The translations under genes and the position numbers were made by a program. The notes beneath the pieces are model-generated. The model searched no databases and was not told the DNA's origin. It saw nothing but the letters and a program-made list of their open reading frames with translations. 64,000 bases of DNA, taken from contig CM119264.1 of NCBI GenBank assembly GCA_051294375.1, positions 20,426,248 through 20,490,247 on the forward strand, in the 5' to 3' direction. Position 1 is the first letter of the stretch, and every line of letters begins with the position of its first letter. Positions 1-11,261 of the stretch are shown piece by piece. This stretch comes from Paraspadella gotoi (Eukaryota > Animalia > Chaetognatha).

Positions 1-53
1 CTTGGCTACGAGTAAACGAGTTCCGCCTATGCAGCGTCTGTTCAGCTCTTTCT

Positions 54-141
<88 letters not shown>

Positions 142-506
142 TTCTCTCTTTACGATCTCTTGCGTGATCGTTCGTTTTTTGAAAAATTCTGATTATTTTT
201 TTCCTTCTAAAAACTTTTATTATCGCCATTTATTCCGCGCTTTTTTTTTTTCAATACAAAATCCCAAATTTATATCTGAGATTTGTCTGGATTTTTTGGA
301 AAATGTGAAGAATAACTTACTTGACCTGAATTTCGTGGCCCTTGCAGGGCAACGAGTAGACAATGTCAAGGAACATGACCTAAAAAACGCGTTTTGATGG
401 CAATGGAAACGTTACGTGTATAATAGGATCAACTTGACGAGATCACGCCGCCGTTGCGAGGCAACGGATAACCGATATAATTGGAAAGAAATACGGTTTT
501 TCTTTT

Positions 507-548
<42 letters not shown>

Positions 549-815
549 TATTTTTTTCCTTCTAAAAACTTTTATTATATCACCATTTATTCGCGCTTTT
601 TCTCTTTACCTGGATTTTCGTGGCCGTTGCGAGGCAACGATAAACAATGTCAAAACATGACCTAATAACGCGATAACGCGATAACGCGATATTATTATTA
701 TTATTTGGAAGTCAAAAATATCATAGTCGTATTTTTCAACTATATATTTTGTTAATAGGGATTATAATTTTTCAATGTACAAAAAATTTCTTATATGGCT
801 TCTTTTTCTCTCTCC

Positions 816-846
<31 letters not shown>

Positions 847-1019
847 TTTTTTCCTTCTAAAAACTTTTATTATCGCCATTTATTCCGCGCTTTTTTTTCA
901 ATACAAATCACAAATTTACATCCGAGATTTTCGTGGATTTTTTTCTAAAAAATCTGATTATTCTTATATAAACGAGAGAGACCTAATAATGCGTTTCGTT
1001 GGCGGGAAAACTGTCCAGC

Positions 1020-1058
<39 letters not shown>

Positions 1059-1340
1059 CTCCTCTCTCTTCACATCATACACGCATTTGTTTGTTTTATT
1101 TACGATGAATATTCAGCGCGTCAATGAATTACTATCATCCGATCAATGAATGACTATCATCGTATCAATGAATGATTATCATCATATCAATGAATGACTA
1201 TCATCGCATCTCAATCATTTGATTATCATCACATCAGTCATTTTTATCATCGCATCAATCTCATTGGTTATCATCGCGTCAATATTTGGTTATCATCGCA
1301 TCAATATTTGGTTATCATCGCATCAATATTTGGTTACTAT
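1..1340. repeat. Inverted copy of the 27.0-28.9 kb repeat family, with (CT)n and 21-22 bp minisatellite
   Basis: 1075-1340 is the reverse complement of ~27012-27245. 180-460 matches the reverse complement of ~28440-28690. Confidence 0.85.
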
Positions 1341-1399
1341 CGAAGCCGTCATCTTATCTTGAAATTTTCACCCAATCTCTGCCAATCTTTCTCCAAATT

Positions 1400-3220
1400 T
1401 TTTTTTTTCATTCTTATGTTGTTCTTCACTGTTGACGTTGAAGCGGCTCTCCTCCGACGCCGATTACCACCGCCTCCCCCATTAATCATCACCCGTCGAC
1501 CGTTGCAGGTCGAGAATGCATTCCTTCCTTTTTCCTTCGATCCTCACTCAACACATAAAGACAAAAATCAAAATTCCCGCGCGAGGACGCCACCTGCAGC
1601 AGAAGAGCGTCTTCTCGTAACTCGATTCACGTACAGATCTAATTCTCGGTTCACGCACGCGAGGGCAAGGACACGGGCACGGACTATTGTTTCTTCCTCG
1701 ACGCAATGCCTCCGCCAGCGCGCTCTGTCCCCCTTGCGACTTCACGCGCACCAGTTGTAGAAAATTTTGCATCTGCTTTTGACGTTGCGCCGCTGACCGG
1801 GAACGCCGCTCGAATTAATTCACCAATCGTCACCCGGCCCTCTCTCTCGAACTCCCTCTCTTCCCAGTCGCTCGCCCACGCCGTTTCGTCGTCGTCGTCG
1901 CTTCCTTCCAGTCAGTTTCATTCGAATGCCGAATTCGCGTCCATCGATCAAACGATTTCGATTTCCAGATTCAACTCGACGATCGTCAATCCCGTCTTTG
2001 CTCCGATATCGTCGCGCTCCGCGTTTCGCCGCTCGTCGTCGGTCAAGACGACGAAATCGCCAGTCTTCTTTGCCAGTGGAATAATTGCCAGTAGAATCGC
2101 CAACGAATTTGCCATTCGGATCGGATTCACGCGTCTCGTCGTCGTTCGTCGCTCGCGATTTCTTCCGTGACGGCCGAGAATGGAAAGATTGCGCCGACAA
2201 ATAATTGCTTCCGAAAAGGGAGATTGAACGATGCTTGTAAATCACCAACGACGGCGTCACGTGACAGTTCGTTGTGTTGCAGAAGGTGAGTACGCTTGAC
2301 ATAGATTTATTGTTTCGGACCTAGCTATTATAGCTATATATAGCTATAAAACGTCATTTGTATATAGTTCTCACTCCATTTTCAGACTTGTACTTCTTGC
2401 AACCTGGAACTGCTTGCTCCACCGACACCCGACAAAGGCCTTCCTACCATCAACGCTTGCCTTTTTTCCTTCTCTCAACGGTCCAAGCTCTACCTTCTTC
2501 AAACACAAAGTCTTGTCGCCGTCGACCTTTCGCCACATGAATACTTCCCAATTGCCAAGCACTATCAAGCACAACCCATAATATTCGATCTCAAAAACCA
2601 AGCGCTCCTCCTTTTTTCGGCTTTCACTTTCCGCAGTCGTCGTCCCTCCCACTTAGCGCCCGACTTCCTCCTCTTTCGCGTTTTCGCTGCTTCCACTCGG
2701 ATCTATTTATAGCCCGTGTAAAAGAGTTAACCCCTTTTGGCAACGACAACTACAATGACAATGAGAAAGACTCAGCTGTAAATAAACGATAGGACAATCC
2801 AAACGATTAATTACAGTTACTAACAATTTACAAGATCGGAATAGAAACGAGAACTACTAAATAATAACTAATCAAAACTACTAAATAATAATTAACCTGT
2901 TCCGAGGACGGCCATCACACTGATATCGTCGTCTTCATTTTCGTCTTCGCATTCGTAGTCGTCTTGAGTTCCGTCATCGTGGCAGGACGGAGAGTAATTT
3001 TTTAAAAGAGTCGAGTATTTATAAACAATATAAAATAATTCTTATGTCAACCCAGAAGATCGGAGTGGTTTCGGTCCTGAGCGGCGCTCGATTTCGGACA
3101 TGGGCGCTGCCGAGAGCAATCAGTACTGGGTTAACAAGGTAGTAAGTGTCGTTATCCAAGCTACGCTTCGTTTTATGTAAATTGTTTTTGTGAGTATGGT
3201 GGATGAGTACAATCATGTGC
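1400..3220 (-). pseudogene. GC-rich coding-like island with interrupted minus-strand frames, unassigned
   Basis: Frame 2130->~1684 reads NPIRMANSLAILLAIIPLAKKTGDFVVLTDDERR..LEIEIV*SMDANSAFE*N*LEGSDDDDETAWASDWEERE... Also ORF 2652-2371 with TATAAATA upstream at ~2703-2710, and an acidic stretch near 2893-3000. Confidence 0.3.
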
Positions 3221-4065
3221 AAAAAAATCGCGCCACTTTATTTCAGACTTTAAAAATCATCCTATATACTTAAATTGTGTAAACAATTTTATAAGTGAAT
3301 TAAAGTTTATTAAAAGATGATAAGATTGGCATAAACTTTATTGAAATTGGGGCATCCATTCACGAACAGTGATTTTTAAAAATGAAGTACTTTACCGCAA
3401 AGCTGAATATAAAAAAATCTGATAGATTTAAGATTAATATTTTTTTTTCTGATAATTAACATTTCTTGTAAAAGACGGAAAACTTACCAATACTTTGCAC
3501 AATGTACGCTGAACAATGAGTATTGGCTCTTATATTGTTAAAAAAATACACGTCTATGACTGCGATAAATCAATATTGTAATACCGAAAGGGCTTCACTT
3601 AACTAAATTTTATAAAATGGATGATTATGGTAGGATGAGAATCGACTGAACTTGTTTATGGAGTTTTATAGATGAGCATTAATCTTTATGAGGTTGGAAA
3701 GGAGATGGAGATGGAGAGAATGTGAGAGAGTGATAGAGACGAATATTGAAAATAACTTGTAAATCACTATCAAACTAAAATTGGGAGGCAAATCCAATGG
3801 CTGCATTTTATCGCCATAAAACGCACCGTTAAATTTAATTCCGAGTAAAAATCGCCCCGGGTTCCAAATACGTACGTAATCGGAAGTTATGAAAGATAAT
3901 AGACAAAAACCCCACAAAAAATACTGAAATCTAAGAGTATCACAGAAAAAATAATACTATAATAATGAACAATCCTTAGAGACTGTCACCTTGATTTATT
4001 CAGCCATTTTATTCCCCCTCCCACGACTCTTTCCCCCCTTCTCTCTCCACGCTCCGCCCTTTCAG

Positions 4066-4123
4066 AAACTTCTCAAGAAACGCGCATCGAAAATCGAGGA
4101 AGGCGGAAAGGATGAAGACGAAA
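4066..4123 (+). CDS. Internal exon, probably STAC-like gene
   Basis: Long pyrimidine tract + TTTCAG acceptor and GTGAGT donor. Read phase 2->0 it gives NFSRNAHRKSRKAERMKTK, in frame with the 19094 exon. Confidence 0.55.
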
Positions 4124-7100
4124 GTGAGTATTTCATTCTTTGTTTACAATTCGTTGGGTTTTTTAACGACGACCAAAACACAAAACACGAAATAAAAAAC
4201 ACTCAATGTTTTTTTTTACTGAAGAAACGCTTTTTATCTTTATCTCTATTTTTCTCTTTATCTCTTTATCTTTTTGATATCGCCTTTCGAAACAGTTTAA
4301 CACTATATGAATCTAAAAAAAATATATAAAAAAATTGACTGACTCTTGAATTATGTTTTTGGGCTTCATCACTTTTCCTGAGGGCCATCCGGGTTATACC
4401 CCCAGTTCATACCACCTGCCCAGCGTGCCGCGTCGGCCGCCGTCGACAGCCCCAAGTTAACGCAAGTGAGGAGCTCTCTGCAAAAAAAAAAATAATAAAT
4501 AAATTAATTAAACACCAAAAACTAAACGCAATCACAGAGGTCACTTTTTAGTTTGTAGCCATCTCCCGACTCGTCAAAACGGCCTTTTTTCCCTTTTTTT
4601 CTCACGTCCCACCCTCATCAATCTTCAACCCTTGCCAGCCGCAGTTTGTCTATGAACTATTGCGTCTCAATTTTTCTCGATCTTCCGGCTTTCGCATTTA
4701 TCCCTCCTGCCACATTCAGAAGTCAGTACTGTTTAAAAATCGAATATTTCCCTTTTCCTCGCCACTATTACCCAATGTCAATTGTAATGTGCGGAAATTG
4801 CCGCAACTCATGAAAGTAGTCGTTGGTGGTGTGAGGGATGTCGGCGAACCGAGTGCCGAGCACCAAGTTTTGCATATCGAGCAAAGTGTTCTCGTGTTCA
4901 GTCCGTCCGTCTCCTCGGTTGATCCAGTCCATACCTCACACAAAAAAGAGATTGTTTTTAAAGACTGAAAAGGCATTTTTTCAACTTTTCTACTTTTCTT
5001 TTTTCGTAAAAGGCTTTATATATATATATCTAGCTATATTTGCAAAGCAGGATGGAAGTTGAGCTAGACTTTGCCAAATATTTACTTACCCCCCGAAATT
5101 GTACATTTTTTTCTTTTTTCTTTTTATTCCTTTTTTTTTCTGGTTACTTAACTTTTCTTCTCTCCTATAGGATTTGTCTTTACTTTCTCTACTATGAGCA
5201 TTTTCCCTTTATTTTCTATAGAAATTTGCTCTTCTGTCTGCACCCACTAGATCTTCACTTGTATTGCTTTACACAAAATAGCAAATTGTTATATGTTTTA
5301 GTCATAATAAATCATAGGGCAGTAAAAACAAAAGATAATTTTTAAAAACAAAATTTTTTTTTTTCTGAAACAAAAGAACAGTCTCATTAATTTTTTTTTA
5401 CCCTATTCTAATAAAGGGGTCTACAAAAAAGAAGCTTTTTGTAAGACAAAGGGACATTCAAAAAAACTTTTTCTGTACCTACTAGATTTTCACTTGCACC
5501 TGCTCTTCAACAAAATAGCAATTTTTAAAAAAAAAGTTTTTTATTTTAAATCTTTTACAAATTTTTAAAAAATATATTTTTAACAAATATTTTTTATTCT
5601 ATTTTATTTTATTATATTTCTTATTCTATATATTGATCAAAGCATTTTAATCATATATAATATATCGAAACAAAAATAATATTATTTTGATTTATAAAAT
5701 ATTTTTGCAAGTACCAAAATATTATTAGTTTAAGCCCTTGAAAGTGATTTACATGTATTTGCGCAGCCACTGGTTTCCTTCTACATTCAATAGAAATTTT
5801 CTCTTCTGTCTACACCCACTAGATCTTCACTTGCATCGCTTTACACAAAATAGAAAATTTTTGCCTGTTTTAGTCTTAATGAATTATATGGCTTCACAAA
5901 CAAAAAAGCATTTGGAAAAACAAAATAGCAAAAGCACTCGCTTTTTGGTCGTTCGGTCGGTCTGTCCATCGGTCTGTCCCACTTACGTTAACAATTCATA
6001 TATGTTGCCTATATTTGGTTGCTCATATGTAGGGTAGCCAGGTACTCTGGGAGTGAATAAACGAGACTGTGAGAGAGTCTTGATTGAAAGCTTGCAGGGA
6101 CCTGCTATGTCATTATCTTGTAAGAGTGATGGGGGCCTTAAACCACCAAAGCCTGTCCAAAGTCAGGGGCAAGATAGCTTATTTATTAAATGAATGGATA
6201 ATTTTTATATTGGTTGTACCAATTTCATGTTAAGACAGGAAAAAAACCCTCAAATCTAAATGACTGCTAGCGCCGCCTTCAGGAAACCCTAAAAAAAAGA
6301 CAAAATTTTGATGCAGTGCATGTCATAAATACAAGGGCTAAAAAGTTTTTTAGTCATGTCATGTGATGTCATACACATGAAAATAAAGTCACTGCGGCGC
6401 AACAAATTGGAATCATCGGTCTTGTTTTCTATATAAAAAAATCAACTATAAATAGCGTCAAAGCCTCGGGGTGGATAGACGCGTGCGTTATCGTTCCTTG
6501 AATAAGCGAAGCGGATAAGACGACGGCTTCTCCTTTTTGGCGTCCGAATCGACCTCCAGTCACCGCCACAATCACTAACCTCACGCCATTCTCCGTCTCT
6601 CATGTTATCGTCTCACCTGCGATGAAAATAGAGGCGTCGTTAACGCCGCTTGCCAACGACTCTCCCAGAAGGATAACTTCTCCGGCCATGGTGTCGGGGT
6701 AGAGAAAGATCCCGCTGGGTAGGATGTGATTTTGCCGATCCTCGCTCTGATGAAAAATGAATCCCAAATATCTGTCCGTAGAATCCTTGATCACTGATGA
6801 GTGATGTTCAATAAGGCGTAGTAAAATTTCTAAATTTAACTTTGATTAAAATTCTAAAAGTGAGTAACGAACAACATTATATTAATGAACATTTATGTAA
6901 TAAAAAAATTTATAATAAATTTTACAATTTATGCAGTAGGCCATATTTATACTAGTACTAAATCAATAAATGTTAAAATTTCAAAACAGTTTTTTCTAAG
7001 ATTTTTTTGCAGATTTGGATTCGTTATAAAAAGTTGATAAAAATAAATATAACTCTTTTTGAAAAATTTGAAAAATTTGAAAAAGTGGGTCAAAAATTAA

Positions 7101-10100
7101 AAAAAACTATATTTTAAGCTATAAATTAACTTTTTATTTATTAAATATAGTTTTTTTAATTTTTAACCCACTTATTGAAAGAATTTTTTAAAATGATTTA
7201 TATTTTCTTTCATCAACTTTTGACAAGGAATTCAAATCTGCAATCAAAATTAAGAAAAGCTTATTTTAAAATTTTCCGATTTTATAAGGATAGTACTATA
7301 TATGATTATAGCCTACTGCAAAAATTTAAAAAAAATAATTAATTTTTTTATATTAATTTTTTTTTATATATTAATTAATTTTTTTACTTTTACTACGCCT
7401 TAATGATCAAAGATTCACAAAATCATAATAATCATACTTTTATATCGTATTTTTCAGATTTTTTACAAAGCCTTTTTAAAAACATACTACGACTAAATGC
7501 ATGCATTTGTATGTACTTTTCGAGAAACCAGACCGGTTTGATTCACAAATATATGAACATGGTATTTACTATTTACAGATATTGAGGACGCAACAATTCA
7601 GATCGATTCACCAATCAATTCAATCAACCGTTTTCATTCACCAGTCGGGTCATAGTGGAGTTTCCTATAAGGGCCTTCAAGAGCAGAATTTCCTCCTCGA
7701 CCGATCTTTCCCGCTCAGTTTTTGCTTCCTCCGGTTTTTCTTCCTCCTTTCCTTCTTCCTCCGTTTTTCCTTCTCTTTGCATGGAGGAGGAGTCTGGTTC
7801 GAATCCTGTCTTAAAAAACATAATAATGGGTAATGGATAATTTTTATATTGGTTGTACCAATTTCATAAATTAACGGTTGACGATTATTTTAATCTAATA
7901 CTTTTCAATCTCTTATGAAAATCAAAAACAACGAGTCATATTTCAATCAGATCTCCATCATATTTCATATATAGTGTTTACCTCTGTTTTACTGGCGTTT
8001 TTGGTAAGCAAAAACATGTGAGCCAGCATTAGCAAATCTTCGTCGCTCAAATTGGCCGCCTCCAACTCTTTAAATCCCTCGATTTCCGATTCCTGTTAAA
8101 ATAACTGTAATATCATTACCCGTTGGATACGACTGTTCGATACGACTGCCATAATAGCGCACTGGGCTAACCCTTCACGTCCGAACCCAATGGTCCCGGG
8201 TTCTATCCCTGGTCGGAACAGCCAAAAGAGTGTCAGGCCGATTAAATATCCGGTAGCAAGCCTACCCTCGGATCTGAAGTTCCGGAAAGCAAGGCAACTG
8301 ACGAAAGATATGTGAAGTTATGTAACATCACTACCCATTGGATACAACTGTTTCTTTTATCAGCTCCATAATAGCACACTGGGCAAATGATTCATCTCCG
8401 AACCCAATGGTCCGGGTTCTAGCCCTAGCAAAAAGAATGACGGGCTGGTTAAACCACCGGTAGCAAGTCTATCGGCGGATCCGAAGTTCCGGAAAGTAAG
8501 GCAACTGACGGAAAAAATCTCCCAGACCCACTGGGCACACTAAGTGTGGGAGCCATCCACATTCACAGAGAGGCATGGCGACCCTCTCTCCTCTCGGTCA
8601 CCTCATTTTCTTGAGATTTACTAGAAATGAAAATTAATTCTGATTTTTATCATTTCGATAAAGAAAAAACTGTTCAGGCAATATACATAGTTGCAGATGT
8701 AGATGGGTTAAGGTTGTATCGTACACAATTCGATTGTAAACGTTACATGTGGTAGCAATAGATAATCACCCCGTCAGATGCTTCACTTTTTGTGGTTTCC
8801 TCCTGAACGTTTTGTTCTGTTGAAAACAAAATAAAATAATTATGACTATAGGTTGTGGCGAACTAACTCTTTTCAAGTTCTATATTTTTGGCACCCGTCA
8901 GGACCGCCCGTGATATACTGTTTGTCATCTCTCCAAGGAAGGAAAACAATGGCGAAAGCACGTTGTTTTGGATGTCATCCAGGTCCTCTTTGAAGCTCTG
9001 AATAGAAAAAAGTTAGCCTTTTGTTTTTTCGTTCACCTCATCCGATTATTGTATCTCAGTAAGTCAGCGTCTTACCCTTACGTCTCGTTTACGCCTCGCT
9101 TTCTCCATAGACTTTCTCGCCATCATCAGTCTCTGTTGCAGAGACACGGGATCGAGCCAATCGAACTCTGAATTTGAGTTTCGGTTTTCTCCGCGACGAC
9201 GCGTCCAAACCAGATGCCCCACGTCGCCGGGCCAGTCGGTGTCTTCGTCCACTCCAAGGCGCCAAATCCGCGCCACGACGAGGAGATTAGAGAGGGTGAC
9301 GATTCTAAAAGGTATAGTGAGGCTCGCTCCATTTCTCAGTACTAACGTCATGTCGAAGTTTCTGTGGTTGAAGCATTGCAATTTCCGATCCTCGGTGGTT
9401 GATGAGACGTTGGGGTCGCGGACGATCGAGTAAAAGCACCCCGCGTTTGTAGAATTCAGTTCGAGATGAAGGTCCTTCTGGATCGTCTCAAATTCGCTCG
9501 CCCGCTTTGATTTGACCGGCGATCGATTCCGCGCGTTTTCGAGCGATTCGGGTGAAGGGTCGGGCGAGTCGTCGATTTCGCCGGTCGACGCGTCACCGCA
9601 TGAGACGCATCGCTGCCAGAGGATCGACACTTGGAGTTTAGAGGAAGGAGAGAAAACTAAAGAAAAGCCTAGGAGGCAGACCAGGAAAAGAAGGGCGATC
9701 GTTGGAGGGGATATGGAAAAATAGGAAGAAGCGACGAGAGAAGAGGGAGGAGGAGGGGCATCCGGGGGACAAAAAGAGGGACACTTCGGCGCCATCTGGT
9801 CTGATTGGCTGGAAAATTAGTCGATCGCCCGGGGAAAAAAGAATGGCTTAGACGAAGAAAAAAAAAGAAATTGAAGGCGGGTCTAGAAAGGAGAATAGGA
9901 GGCGAAAAGATGACCAGAGAGGTAGATCCAATTGTTTGTGAACAACTTGAAATTTGGGTAGTTTTTTCTCTTCTTGTTTATGATTGAGTTAAAATTAAAA
10001 AAAGATAGATTTCCATAAGGTTTTCTAAAAGTCACGAACAGAACTGTTAATGTAAGAAAAGTTTTAAATAATGTGTGTCTTCGCAAGGCCTTGGCGTTAA

Positions 10101-11163
10101 TCGTTAAGGTCGTGTAGTCCCTAATCAAAACTAGTTTGAGCAAACAATGTCGGATCTGCCCACGATCATTAGCGGTAATTAATTAATTAATTAATTAATA
10201 CAAACTATATAAACTAAAATAATAATTTAATTAATAAATTAATTAATTTGATCAAAAATGTTTGTTTTTAGGTCTTTTAAAAGCAACGACGACAATAATG
10301 CCGATAAAGATTGACTTGATTGATTAATTAATTGATTAAATAATTAATTAATTTATAAATAAATTGATTGATTGAATAATTAATTAATAAATAACTAAAT
10401 AAATTTATTGATTGTATAATTAATAAATTGATTAATTAAATGATTAATTATTTGATTAATTAATACATCTTGCATTTACATTTAATATAAAAAAAATAAG
10501 CATAATCAATTAGTGAAACAGGTTTTTTGTTTTTTCCATTTAAACTCATTTCCACTCAGACAATTCCACCGAAACTTGATTTCCAGCTTAATCACACACT
10601 TTCCTACCCACATACAACATTTCAGGTCAATCGTTCAAATAGTGAAATAGATTTTTTTGTTTTTTCCATTTAAACTCATTTCCACTTGCACGATTCCATC
10701 AAAACTTTATATCCAACTCAATCACACACTTCCTTACCCACACACAAAATTTAATTCTGATCCATCCATCCAATCACGAGTAATGGGAGTTTTTTGTTAA
10801 GGTGGGACGGACGGACAGATGGACAGACAGACAGACTTACGGACAGACGGATGGACGGACATCGTTTTTTTTGGGTTTTTTTTTGCATAATTTATCATAA
10901 TTCGATATTCTGACATGATATATGTGAATGCCCGACAAGATTGAGGGAGCGGACCGACGGACCGACAAAGTGAATTATAGACTATAGAGTCGGGATCTGC
11001 TGAAAGCTGAAAGCTGAAATTAAAAAAAAAAGAAAATGTGGAAAGTGAAAAATGTTTTAGCGCGAAGATAAATGGGTTTTTTTTCTTCCTGTCCAAAAAA
11101 GAAAATAAAAAGAAACAAGTTCGCTCGGTTTGTTTTTTCAATCAGATTGAGATTGAGATTGTG

Positions 11164-11261
<98 letters not shown>

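Noticed and set aside
2-1108. ORFs rich in SLSLSL or ERERER (also at 11038-11431, 28306, 30113, 43366-43647, 51467)
   Set aside because: These are translations of (CT)n/(AG)n microsatellites.
1120-1340. 21-22 bp repeats (and the 18-19 bp array at 26400) as a CRISPR array
   Set aside because: They are head-to-tail minisatellites with no unique spacers and no cas genes, in a eukaryotic context.
1706-2170. Plus-strand 154-aa ORF, and similar ORFs at 9512, 21546, 31923, 36377, 37023, 43656
   Set aside because: They read as antisense shadows of coding or coding-like sequence on the other strand.
4369-6602. Genome-wide alternative genetic code (UGA sense)
   Set aside because: The STAC-like gene ends on TGA at the expected position and uses TGG for Trp. 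The twelve clean TRPC exons contain no internal TGA.
8150-8225. Functional tRNA gene
   Set aside because: Degenerate B-box, no clean acceptor stem, and it continues into a repeat body, so I treated it as a SINE head.
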